Source: Yuukianura sp. NJ FZ-2021 (Eukaryota). Taken from it: a stretch of DNA of 64,000 nucleotides. The stretch is from NCBI GenBank assembly GCA_046563655.1, contig CM102288.1, positions 1,922,001 through 1,986,000 of the forward strand, given 5' to 3'. How positions within the stretch are numbered: the stretch's first letter is position 1; every line of letters starts with the position of its first letter. The notes below the pieces were generated by a model that worked only from the letters and a program-made list of their open reading frames with translations, had not been told where the DNA came from and did not search any database. Of the stretch, positions 38,739 to 51,681 are shown piece by piece. The translations under genes were made by a program, and so were the position numbers.

Positions 38739-39195
38739 TGCTACTCCTTCCAGCACCTCACCACCACTATGTTAATCTAGCACTGGACACTATGAAGTAC
38801 TTGACCAGAGAGAAAGTGGAGACATGAGGAGTGACCGTCGTCACTTGAGAGACTGGAAGAAGGTGGGCAACTGAGCCCGTGGGCTGCCTTCCAGGATCTA
38901 TCGTAAGTCTCTGGAATGAAGTGACGACGATCCGTTTCTGTTGTGCCCCGCAGTCCGTCTCCAGGAAACGACAGAGGACAGAGACCCTAGAGTGCTTTTA
39001 CTTCAAGTGAAAGCGAACAAAAAGATGAGGAGAGCTCATCGTACGGGTTGGTTCGCTCAAGGAACGGTTCCTGCACGACCTTGTACGGTGCTACGTGAAC
39101 CGAAACATTTAGGGTACCGGTATATACAGACATTTACCAACGGTACTATTATGAACGGATGCTTAAGAACGGTACCGGCATTTTCAGACAATCTG

Positions 39196-39357
39196 ACGGT
39201 ACTGGTATTGACAAATACTTGAACGGTGCTGGCAACAAAGACACAAAAACGGCACTGGTATCGACAAATACTTGAACGATACTGGTAACGACAGAAACAA
39301 AAACGGTATTTGTATCGACAAACACTTTTACGGTACCGGTATCGACAGATACTTTTG
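39196..39357. repeat. Degenerate ~27-bp minisatellite, about 6 copies, upstream of the NCKX CDS
   Basis: Units resemble ACGGTACTGGTATCGACAAATACTTGA. Confidence 0.75.
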
Positions 39358-40194
39358 GACCACATTAGTCTGGACGTAAATAACTTAACAAAACACAACA
39401 CAAAGAGTCTATAAGCAACCGAAGAGAAGAATATGGTCGGTAGAGATGCGGACTACTCTAGGTTATGTTCAGCGGCCGTCCAAGAATGTCCGGTTACTGT
39501 ATTTTATAGAGGTAAAAGCGCAGCGCAGAGCTCTAGCACCACGACGCACGGCATTTTCACATTTAGAAAGTCCGAATAATACTTGAAAGCCTTTCCCCAG
39601 GGAATCCTAAATGCTCAAATGCTCTTGAGAAAAACACGGGGGCAGAGACATTCGGAAAATAAAGAAAAAACACAAAAATGAAAAAGTTTAGACAAAGTCG
39701 TTCACAGAACTTTCCTATTTTTCTCCCCTTTCTCCTTGTATGATGACGACTCCTCACTTTTTTCCAAGAAAATCCTAATTTCTTAGAAGAACAAAAGGAG
39801 AAAAGCAGAAAATGGAAATTTGTCCAACTGAGAGACAGACAAATGAAATATTTCCTCATAATCCCATTACCCCCATTTGCTCTCTTCGAATTGACGTAAT
39901 GCGACTTTTGTTATGTTATTTCCTTGAATTTCCATTTCAATTTGAATATCTCTTTCTACTAAATAATTTTTAGCACTCAAATGTTATTATTAGAAAAGAG
40001 TTTGAGCACAGCAGAGGCCAAAAGACAAACTCAATTCAATTAGTATTCTAAAAAAACGTTAATTTAAAAACTTTTTTGCAGAACGAATCTCACAAAGATT
40101 TCGTTAAAATGATCATTTTCCAGGCATGACTTCCCGAAATTCCGTTTCGTGTAAAAACGCCTTTTCAAATTCACTTTTCATGATCACGAAGCTC

Positions 40195-42060
40195 TTAACA
40201 CGCAGATGAATTGTTGACCCACATTTTGTGACCAAGTTGGACTTGCGTTGGGGGTTGCGGAGCAGGTTGGCGTTTCTGTGACTGAGCTGGAACAAATAAT
40301 AAAAAGAAGGCGTTGCATTACACAACAAACTTGGAACTTTTACGTCAAACTGAACTCGAAAGTTCAGTTATGATTGGTCTCTCTGGAAATTACAGAGTAA
40401 TCATTTTTACGAACCTATTTTGGATGGGTATGTTTTCGTAAAACCCGTAAACTGTTCTGGTTTTGGAAGATTTTCGATTGGGGTAAACAGATGACGGAAT
40501 CGTGCTTCTAGATCTACTCCTGCAATAAAAAAAAAAGAAAATTATGAATTATGATACTACAAATGTTTACTTACTGTATCGATTTTTAATAAAAACAGAA
40601 CTCACCAGTCGCCGCAGGCGGCGGTGCGGGTGAATTTGACGCAACTACGTTTCGAATGGAAGAATTTCGAGTTGGTGGAGGGGGTGGGCCCAAATTCTAC
40701 ACAAATGAAACAGTTAAAACCGAATTCCAAAAGACATGCATATTTTGTTTTTCTTACTCCATTGACAGTGACAGGTTGGGCCATTCCTCGATGGGGCGGT
40801 GGAGGAGGAGGAAGACTCGTGTTGTTAGACGAAATAGGCGGAGGTGGAATATTGCTGACCGGTGGAGGGGGAGGAGGCGGTGGGAAACTGTTATTTACTA
40901 CAAGTGGGGGCGGTGGAGGTGGATGTGCTGGTGGGACTTTGTTTGGTGGAGGCGGAGGGCGTGCTGAAGGTGGTCGCATTGGAGCATTTCGCGGTGGCCT
41001 TTGGGATCCATTTTGCTGTGAATTAAAAAAAAACAAGTTTGGTAAAACAAACTACCCGGGTTATTAGCTGGAATTCAGGGTGATAAAAAGAAAATCTTTT
41101 CAAGCGGCAAAATAGAAGACTTACAAAGTTTCTAGGCGGTGGTGGAGGCTGTGGAGTCATGTTTTTAGCAGCGGCTCTTCCCATTGTTCTGTACTCAATT
41201 GGAACACCGCGTGTCTGCGTTGGGGAACTACTGCGTGTAAGTCTCATGCTTTGTGCTCGATTTACTCCTGGTGGTGGTGATGGTGATTCTTCGTCGTCTG
41301 CTACTGGGTACTGTGGCATCACTAGACTAGACAGTTTTGGTGGGGGATTAGGCCGTGGTCCTTTTGAATGCAGTGCTGGTGGTTTCGGAGCAACTGAAGG
41401 TTTTCCTATTGACAACTTTCGTTCTTGCGGGGGTGGCTCATCTGGGACTTGCTAATAGAAAAAGAAAGAAACATTTTTTTGAAGCTCTGCTTCTTTTTGT
41501 TAAGATTTTTTTTTAGGAAAGGCTTGATTCTATACCTGTGATACTGGCGGTTTCTGGGACGCTGGTGGTGGTTCCGGCGGGCCAGACTTCTGGGGTGACT
41601 GTGGGCCAGATTTCTGCGGAGACTGTGGCCCAGATCTCTGTGGTGACTGATGCGTTGGGGTTCGTGCGCCACCAACCGGCTTCAGTTTCGGCATTCCACC
41701 GGCGAAAAGTCCAGCAAGCCCTGGTGGGGCCGTCAAACCTTGACTTCTCGGACCATTAGTCCCACTCCCAGCTGATCGAGTTTCCGGAGATGCTGGTGCT
41801 TGTTTACTGGCTTCTATTATATCAAAACCAACAATCAAAGTAAACATCAAAATTGAAGTTTAAAAACATGAAAGTATCGTCTTACGAACAACTGGAGCAC
41901 TTCTGTCATTCACTTGTGTCTTCTTAAGTGCCTTTCCTTGCCGAATCGACTCCAGGAGTAAGCCTCTACCGTCTCCAGCGCTGCTGGAACTAGACTTCGT
42001 CGCTGCTGGTGGAGCCAGTGGCTTCATGCTTGGTGGAGGAGGAGGTGGTGGTGGAGACAT
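40195..42060 (-). CDS. Vrp1: WASP-interacting protein (WIP/verprolin), multi-exon
   Basis: Starts MSPPPPPPPP. WH2 domain GRGLLLESIRQGKALKKTQVNDRSAP, GLFAGGMPKLKPVG, polyproline tracts and a C-terminal WASP-binding motif DLEARFRHLFTPIENLPKPEQF...KTYPSK. Confidence 0.88.
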
Positions 42061-44048
42061 TTTCCAAAAGAAAAGAAATAAAAACCAAAGAATCCAAAAG
42101 AAAAAGTCGAGCAACTCAATCTTGAGACGTTGCTTGAAGAGACTTCCTTAGCAGTCGAGCGACGTTGGCCGACTAAACGACCTCCTGCAAAAGAACAAAC
42201 AAGAACAACGATTTTAAAACATAGGACAAAAATGAAATATTATACCTTGACCTAAAAAAAATTTACCTTAGAATATTAGTAAAAGATACCTTAGCAGGAG
42301 ATTTCTATTTTTGTCGCTACTGGGATGACATTGTTTAAATGCATCATCTGGCGAACACTTTGTCTATACGAATCCCGACAAAAAATTGTCAGGGTCTAGT
42401 TACACGTTTTACTCGTGCTATCCGGTTTGTCTATGTACAAGGTTCTAAAATTTACGTTGTCTTAGAATTGAAATACATACTACTTTTTGTGCTGAACTTA
42501 TTTTGCACCCACGAGCTGCCTTATTAAAATGTTATGATTCATGGCCAAACGTCAGCAGTGTGCTTTTAATTAAATTATCAGCAGGTTATTAACTTACCTT
42601 CCCTGACTGAGATTCCAGTAACTGGAAGGGCAGAGAAATGGACGGAGAGAAACCTCCGTATAGGCGGTAGATAAGGCCTCGATGGAGGTGTTAGGTGTGA
42701 AAATGTTCGTCACTAATTAGTTATCACTTTTCAAGAGTGAATTGTCTAAACATAGTAGCGGAGGGGAAAGGACAGAGGGCTGATATGATATGTTATGGGT
42801 GCCATGATGACTCGGGCGTAGTACTTTTTATGTAAAGCAGAAGGGGAAGTGGGTGGTCACCGGACGTCGTCGTCAGATGCTTCAATTACCAATTAAAAGA
42901 GACTAATCAACTTAAAACAATGAGAGGAGACGATGAGCGAATTGATAAATCACACATTGCCCACTTCACTCATCGAAACTTTCAAGGCACTTCAGTTCAA
43001 GGAATTCGTTGAAGTAAGGAAACAGCAGAGTAACTGTAAACACATGTACGACTGATAAGGAATGCTGGGAATTTCAAGGGAATGTGCCAATTTTAGACGC
43101 TCAATTTGAATTTTAGAGCCAAATTTTTAGGTTAAAAATAGATTGAGATTCTAGCTTATTGGCGCTAAATTCGAATTTAAAGTTGGAACAAAGGATTGTG
43201 AATTTGAAATTCCCGGTGTTACAAGTGGTTTCACGTTACACATTAATAAATTAGTTACAGAACGGTAATTGATTAGTTACAAGTTAACTAATAATTTCAT
43301 TAATTATTCAGATGCTCACATGAATTTTTTGGTTACAAGAGGGAGTTTCGCGTGAACTTCTTGCAACATTTTAATGCATAACTAGGCACCACGAGAAAAG
43401 CGAACGACGCGTGTTGGCGTATTGATACCATTTAGTTACACTTCATTAACTATTTAGTTAATTAATTGTCACAGTTAATTACCATTTGCAATGCCTAGAG
43501 TCCTAACTGTATTGGTTTATCCGTAAAGATCAATGGTGGTAATAATGCCCAGCTAAAGTAAAGTGGGTGAAACTTGTTTATAAAAAATATGGAAATTATT
43601 TGCGAACTTTTTTTTCCATTCATTTTATTTAAATTCTTTCCAAGTTCATCTTCATTCATTCCAAAGGGAAGTCGTGCATTCTTAATTAAATTATCGAGGA
43701 ATCAGCTGACATAACGGTTTCTCTCCCGGTAATCCTGTGTACTTTGGGCTTGGACGAAATCTTATCTCAGAATTACAACGGCTCAGGTGAGTAAACGGCC
43801 TTGAAACGATCCCAAGGTGAGATTACTGATCAGTTGCAAAAAATTGTAACGCTAACGGTTGTTCTTGTTATCCAACGCACTTTACTAACCAACGTGTTAT
43901 TTCTTTAGGATGTCCAGCTCCAGAAGATGAATTTGAGAAACTGGTAAAGACAGCACCACCGAAAAACATTAGCCATTCATGTTCTGGATTCTGGAACGGG
44001 ACCATTTGAGAATCTAAAACGACGCAAACGTGACCATTTGAGACAATT

Positions 44049-45028
44049 ATGACGACGACGTCAGTAGCGGACGATTCTCTGTCATTGTCGCTCTCTGGTG
44101 CATCTGATGACCTTGAAGAGAGTTCTTGTGGCCGAGAGGAAATCAGTGCTGATTATACTTTCAATATTCTTCTCGTCGGTGACAGCGGTGTAGGCAAAAC
44201 GGATTTGATTGGTCGTCTCGGGGAAGAAGAATTTAAGACTAAGTTTCATGCAACAATTGGTAAGAAAGAATGTACACATAGCAAAGCAAAAGTTAATTAA
44301 GTTCAATTAACTAAAAGTTTACTCTTTTTAGGCATGAACATGGAAACTAGGACACTTGAAGTAGACGGAAGACTTGCTAGACTACAAATCTGGTACGAGC
44401 AATCCTAGATTAATCAGGACTTCCTCGTGATTTATGAAATTTTACAAAATAATGTTGCTTCTTCAGGGATCCTTCAGGGTCAGACCGATTTCGTTCTGTG
44501 ATTAAAAAGTACTTCCACAATGCCGAGGGTATTATGTTCGTTTACGACATTTCATACAAAAAGTCATTCCAAAGTATTCAAAACTGGATGGACGAGATCC
44601 AGACATTTCTTCGTAAGAACCTCAACTTTACCCAGAAACGTCCAGTTTCCATTATTTGACCCGCATGTTCTTGTCTGAACAGCTCCTGAGGTCAAGCGAG
44701 TTTTAGTTGGCAATAAATCAGACATTCCAGTAGAGGAAGGGCGGAGAGTTACATTTGAAGAAGCACAAGCAGTAGCTACCTCCCATGGAATCAAGTAAGT
44801 AATTGACAAAGTATCTCCTGCTGAACCACAATAAGTCACTCCTCATAGCATGCAAACACTTCATCATTGTCAATTTCCTGAAAAATTCTTAGGTTTTTCG
44901 AGACTTCTACCATTTCTGGCCAAAATGTTCGCAGAGCCTTTCTCACCTTGTGTCAAGAAATGAAAGAATGCAGGCCCACTTTACGCGTGGCCCAATCACC
45001 ACCCACTTCTCCTGTCACAGCCACTTGA
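44049..45028 (+). CDS. Atypical Rab-family small GTPase, 5 exons
   Basis: G1 GDSGVGKT, G2 ATIG, RLQIW/DPSGSDRFRSV, G4 GNKSD and G5 FFETS. Start codon uncertain. Confidence 0.8.
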
Positions 45029-45698
45029 CCTTTCAGTGACATCTCCACGCAACAAGAACGTTCCAAGAATTGTCAAGTCTAACCTGGCTTGTCACTAATT
45101 TGTGCCTTATGATTTAGTTTTAATTATTGACTTCATCTCACATAACTGAAAAATGCCATTTGTAAATTGATGGACGTATCCTCCAAATTCCGCTTCAAGG
45201 GATACTATTTACGTGTTTATTTTAAATCAAGACGCCTGTGCACAATCGTTTTAATAAATTAATGTAACGCATTTAAGTGGAGGCTTAAATTTAAGTTAAT
45301 CGATTAGCGCTACGACGAGAAGCCTTGGATGCCCATAGGTTCTATCGGTGGTGCACAAGTCTGAATTTTGGTGGCATTTTAGATAGGGTAATAAGGTAGC
45401 CTTCCGTTATAACGCGTTATAAACAAAAAATGTTTGTTTTGGCTGTGCGGGGAGATTACGTTATAAGTTGTAAGTCAAAGCTAAAATTGAAATTCGCAGT
45501 TACGTTAATTCCGTGTCAATTAACGATATCAACTTCGTTTGGATTCAAGTTAGTTGACGGTAACGAAGGATTGTGTTAATCGATTTCACGATTCAGAATC
45601 TTAGTGTTCTGCAGAAACGTAAGCCATGCCAATACTAATTACGTTGTATTTTTTTACCTGTCAGTTCTTTTTTTGATTAGTTTTTGATGTTTTTTCAG

Positions 45699-46951
45699 CA
45701 GTACCCAACGTTTGACCAGGAGGATTATGGAGGCAAATCTAGTCAGTGTTTTACAATGGCAGAAACCGATCAAGTCAGCAGTGGCGTTCGTGTCACTCAA
45801 TATCATTTTTTGGTAAGAAGTTAAAACCATTGTTAATTATTTGTTTTCTCATGATTGATTCTTAATTTGTTCTTATATTGGTGAAGGATGCTCAATGGCC
45901 AACGACCTCTCTTCGTCTTGTCTCTGTGTTTTCTCATCGCTGTTCTTCGATCTTGTAATTACAAATTAAGTTCAGTAAATGTTAGAAGTTGACCTTAATC
46001 GTTTGAACATTTTCAGGTTGGAAGCGAGTCCGTGGAGTCGTTTTGGTTGATCCTCCTGACCATGAGTCATGGACACCGCTGGAGACGTATGATATGAAGT
46101 ACACTATCATTGAACTCTCCAAGTCAGCCTTGAGGCAGTATCTCCACCTTCGCTCAAGAAGTCATGTCGCGGTAATAGCAAACGATTTAATGCGTCGTAA
46201 CAGATTCTAAAATCGTTTCTAATTCCAGTTTTGTCTGATTCTCGGCAGTTTTCCATAGTTTCTTGCTGTCTCTTCCTCGGTATCGGAAAATTGGGGACGT
46301 TCATTCACCTCCGAACGATCATTTTCCTACTGGCAAATGGAGCTTTTTGTGTGGGGCCTTTGATGAAGATGATTCAAACTGCAAAGGAAATTCCGGACGG
46401 TATTGAAAAATAATTTGTAGCTTTGCACAATTAACAGCACGTCCACACCTACTTTAGTAGTTTTTGTTTGTGTAAACTAATTAATCGTATAGAGTGTTCA
46501 TTTGCTTGAAATCATCCTATGATTTTTATGATTTACACTTTATTATTTATTTCACAAGATTTTAATACAGGAAGATAGAAAATAGAAGAATGCAAGTGCG
46601 TATTTGAAGAGACCATGAGAACAATTACTTTTTACGTATAAATTGATTTGGCACGTAAAGGATTTGTGGCTGAAGTGATTGATAATTTTTCGTTTTGAAT
46701 TAACAGAATTGGTTCCAGATATTGATACTCCTGGAAGTCCAACTCTATGGTCACCAACAGACTCGTCCGAAGAACATTCACGTCAATCTGCTCCAGACTC
46801 TCTAACAGCCTTCACCGTGGACCGGATGCGAGGTCACGATGAAGAGTCCGATGATGAATTTCATTTTGAATTTCATGCAAAACACTTTGACTCTTCTCGC
46901 TCCTCTACTTCTTCTGCAACGTCCACTTCTTTTGAGCTGGTCAACATTTGA
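45699..46951 (+). CDS. FAM134/RETREG-like ER-phagy receptor (reticulon homology domain and C-terminal LIR); 5' end uncertain
   Basis: VLQWQKPIKSAVAFVSLNIIFW and QFSIVSCCLFLGIGKLGTFI...CVGPL resemble the two FAM134 hairpins. The acidic, Ser-rich tail ends in SFELVNI, similar to the FAM134 LIR DDFELL. Confidence 0.65.
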
Positions 46952-47136
46952 CCTCTCCCTATCTTTGTCTCAAATTGTCAGTCCACCCAAATTGTTTGTA
47001 ATACAACGTAAACGTATAGATTCCGAAGACCTTGAGTTACCAATATAGAGTTCACCACTTTCTTACAACTTTGAAACCCCTGTGTCCAATAAAGGATCTC
47101 TTCCATGTCAACGTTTAACAAACGACACACCAACGT

Positions 47137-50100
47137 TTACCAAACGACACACTTCTTCCTCGGATTCATTCGGCTTTTGGCGGGGCAACTAAAGGCTTCC
47201 GAGAATTCTCTGGAGTTGGACAGGGGGCCAAGGACTCTGATTGGTCCTGGAGAGTGAACGGCAGATCGGATCTTGTTGAGCACATCTTCAGGTCGCATGG
47301 AACCACACCAAATCTGTGCGTAGTTGAGGAAGAACAGTTGTTCATGACTGAGCCACTCCAAACCTAGGTCAAGAGGTCAAAACAGTGGACATCAACATCG
47401 TTAAGGTCGAGTCAACATTTATCAAAGGTCAACTGGTACCTGGTAACAGCGGTTCCTTGTCATTTTTAGCCTCCCATTTCTTGAAAGCCTAAAACGAATT
47501 CAAAACGATTTTGTTTTATTTTAGCTAATTTGAAATGGCGCGCGATTCAAAGAAATTTGTTACTCTGAAAGCCTGCTTGAGTCCGCCATTGTCAGCAATA
47601 TTTTCTCCCTGGGTCATCTGTCCATTGAGACGTAAGCCAGACACTTCGTAGGCATTGTACTGCTCAATAATGCACTGAGCATGGTTACGGAAGGCTGAAA
47701 ATGTCAAGGTCAATGTTTATCAACTTCAGCGGTAATTTTGATTTGCTTAATTTTAGGTTACCCGCCACCGTTTCGTTGTTCCACCACTCGTCCAGATTTC
47801 CTTCACTGTCAAACTGCCGCCCTACAAAATTTGAAAAGTTGAACACTCAATTCAGTGATTAATTACAAAAGTTATGACACGATTAGCAGATATGCATGCA
47901 TTTTCGGAAGTTGACATGTCACCTTTGTCATCGAAGCCATGTGTAATCTCATGTCCAATGACAACTCCAATGCCACCGTAGTTCAGCGATTTTGGAAAAT
48001 CTTTGGAGTAGAACAACGGTTGCAGAATTCCAGCGGGAAAAACGATATCGTTCTTGTTTGGATCGTAAAATGCATTTACAACGGCTGGCTCCGCTGCAAC
48101 CAAAACAGGATCCGAGTAAGGCTAATTTTTTGGAATTTCGAAAAAATCCAGTTAGTTTTTGTTTGTTTTTTAAAATACAGTTACCATTCCATTTCTCTTT
48201 GTCAACAGGCTTGCCCAGTTTGGCCAAGTTTTGGGCAGCTCGCCATTGAGCCAGTCTCAAAATGTTTCCAAGGAACTCTCCGCGAGCAATCGTCAACTTT
48301 AGGAAGCAAAACGAAAAAGGATGTCAGCAGGATTTGACCTTTGACCTCTGCAAATACTAATTTCTTGGTTACGTACATTTACATGTTCAGTACTCAGTTC
48401 TTCCGGCTTGGTCAAGTATTCTGGATAGCCAATTCTCTCGCGCATTCTCGTGGCCTTTTCCCTGGCGACTTCCTTTGTCCTATCGTCCATCCAGGGATTC
48501 TCTTCCAGAAGTTCCACAAAGGCCTCTCGAATGCTTCCGATCATCTCTTCAGCAGTTTCCTTCAAAATCAATTAAAAGTTGTCAGCAATTATCGTTAACG
48601 ACACAGTAATTTAACAATTTAAGTCTAGATTAATCAAAAACTCATTACTTTTGCTAAGTTGTCGAAGCTGTTCTGGATAAAAAGTGCTCCAAGGGCCATT
48701 CCAAGCTTCTTGTTCGTCAAATCCACACATTGGTTCCAGCGACTCCGCTCCACACTCACGCCCATCAAAACTCTCCGGAACTCCATTTTCTTCTCCTGGA
48801 ACTTGTCGACAAGCTGGAATTCAACAAGCAGCCAACAACGCTTAAGTTGAAGTTTACAAAGTTTTCAAAATTTCCAAATTTTTCAAAAGTTGTTTTTCAG
48901 AAATATGATTTTTTTTTAACTTTTAGATGAAATGCTTACGTGAGACGTAATTTCCATGAGGATTCTCCAGATGACGTAGTTCTGGATAGTTCTCTTGGGC
49001 GTGTGAGTTAGAATAGAGGCCATTGTTTTTAGGTAAGGCAGAGCATAACTAACAATTTCTTCTCCTGCAGTGAGCCTCGTGTCCAGTACAGTCTCCAAGT
49101 ATTCTTTCCAGTTAAAAAGAGGAATTTCAGCCTGGAGGGAGGCCAGGGTATGCTTGTGGTAAATGGCAGAAGTCTCTTGTCTCTCCAGCAGGGAAGCCTA
49201 TTCAAGTAATTGAAGCATTAATTGATTAATTGAAAACTTAATTGATTGTTTCCTAGATATGCTGGACTGACGTTAGCAAGCTGAGTTTCTAGTTTGAGGA
49301 CAAGGGCCAAGTCCTTGGCGGCAAAGGCAGGAGACGCTCCCAGCAGAAGTGCGAGGTCATGAATGTACTTTTCGTAGGCTACAAGCTCTTTGGAAGTGTT
49401 GAGGAAATAGTCTCTACTTGGAAGTCCGAGTTGCATTTGATCAACCTGGAAAAAGGTCAACAGGTCATCAGGTCAACATGAAATGGACATTGAGTGAAAA
49501 ACAACCTGGATGATATTGTTGGAGGAGTTCTTGTCGTCGGGACCAATCCAAAGCTCCAGAATGACGCCCATGTTCAGTTGAGAGCGGACTCTTCCTGGAA
49601 TTTCGTAATTTCAAGTGAAATTTTAGAATTTTAGAAAAAAAAAATTCGGAATTTTAGAAATTTTTTTCTTTGATGTTTTTGGATCTTTGTGTTACCGAGA
49701 AGCACTTCTGTGGAAATATTTGAGCTCCAGTTGCCCTGTGTGACGGGCCACCCTCCAAGGTCCCTTAGAAGCTTCGCTAAGGGCTCCTCCCCTTCAGCTC
49801 GAATTCCACCTTCAATTAATTGTAAATTGTACAACTAATTCAATTAATTTCACAACTATTTCAGAATCTTACTAATATTGATACAAGATGCGTAAAAATC
49901 TTTGGCTTTCTTTGTAGCTTCCGAGTCCGCCGGGCCGTAAGGCTCCTCAAGCAGACCTATGAAGACAAAAAACTGAGGATTCCACTGACTTCCGAATGTC
50001 CTTCACCTTTGACCTGACTTTTGAGAATGACCTTTGACCTTACCTTTGAGAATGACCTGGATATGTTCTGAGAGTACTTCAAAAGTAGAAATGGATGCTC

Positions 50101-50475
50101 TGTCTTCCGGAATGACATGCTCTCTATTCCAGTTGCCACAAGCAAACTGGAAAAAGTCGTCGCATGGATCAGCGCTCAGATCCATCGCATCCAGCAAAGA
50201 GGCTGCTGTTCGAACACAAGCGGAACTCAGGCACACATTTCTCCGCACTGAAAGTGACAGTAAAAAAAATTTAGCTATGTTTGACCAAACTAATTAGTTG
50301 ACCTTTGACCTTGACACTTACACCAGAGCTCATTCCCCAGAAATCCAATGGATATGAGCAGCAGAAGACAAGCTGGAAAGAGGAAGAGCGTTGCAAGTTT
50401 CCAATGGAAAGGACGCTTCGCCCTCACCACCGAGGCAGTTCGTACTGTCAATGTCTTTCCGATGTCACTCATCAT
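47137..50475 (-). CDS. Nep1: Neprilysin (M13 metallopeptidase), type II membrane protein, multi-exon
   Basis: N-terminal TM segment, [19 protein letters not shown], zinc motif [23 protein letters not shown] and C-terminal [10 protein letters not shown]. Confidence 0.9.
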
Positions 50476-51681
50476 CTCAGGCCAGAGATAAAAAATCCAA
50501 AAGGGTCAAAGGTCAAGATGAGATCAAGAAAAGATCAGATACTAGAAACATGTTGTTGACTTGACCGAGTCCAAACTACAACTGACGCAGAAGAGGCTGA
50601 CGTTGGAAGATTTTGAACAGTCCGGAAGGCAGTGTAACCGTAAATTTTTGAGGAAGTTTGTTGGTAAGTGGAAGTCGCTGATTAAAGTATAATTGAATTA
50701 AGTTTAAATCCGTCTTCTTGTTTATTCAAATTGAAATTGATTTCTAAAAGAGAGTCGTCCCAGGACCAAAAGCTCTCGAAGAAAGTCCAAGTGAAAGTGA
50801 CTTTTCTCCAGCAAAACTAGTTTTTGGCGGCTCATTTTCTCAGATCTCGTCCAACGGAGAAAGTACATCATGAATTCGGTGTACTCAAACTCTCGTTACC
50901 CTCCAGGAATCGGAAAAAGTCGGATTTCATGAAAATTTTAAACCAAGAACGGAGAAAGTCAAATCCAATCTCACGGTGCGGTGGTTTTAAGATGGTCCAC
51001 GAGTAACGGCTTATGACTTTTCACAGAGGTCGATTTCATAATGTTCAAATTACGCCGTGCGCAGCATAAACATAATGTGATTTTGAAATTCCCGAGATGA
51101 AATGATAAGTTGAAGGTCAAAGCAGGTCAAAAGCCAAAAGGTCAAAAGTTTTCGGACTGTTTTCAGAATAAGAAGCGAGGGCAGATTTGGCAAAAAAAAA
51201 ACGTCTTTCCGACGAAATGTTTCGAACAACTTTCGAACTAATGTCGAAAAAAAAAGCAGTGAAAGTTAACTTTCTCTGCAATTTAGCTACGTTAGCTTTG
51301 AAAAATTAAATCCCAAATGTTTTAGAGCGTATTGTTTCAAAAAAAATTCTACTTCAAGTTATGCCGGGGAAGGCCGTGTCCTGTCACTTCTTTTTCGCTG
51401 ATTTTTGGTATCCATGGTTACCTAACATGAACCTCTTGTCATTTTTCTGGAACAGCAGTGCAGCACCTTACATAACCTAACGGTATTTTTTGCATGTAGG
51501 TTTTGGTTGTGCTTGGAATTCGGGGAATTTCGGAGAGAATCTCATCTGTTCTGTTGTGTCTTCTTGGCTCTTGCCTCATCAACATCTTCTTCCTCTTCCT
51601 CTTCTCCTCTTCAACAACAAAACAATCATAATCTCATTCAATTAATTTACAACTTCAATTAAACAGCCCAGTGTCCACCCA

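Noticed and set aside
39196..39357. CRISPR-like array (also considered for 18581-18672)
   Set aside because: These are contiguous tandem units with no unique spacers, in a eukaryotic context with no cas genes.
40624..41455. Gly-rich plus-strand ORFs
   Set aside because: They are the antisense of the WIP polyproline exons.
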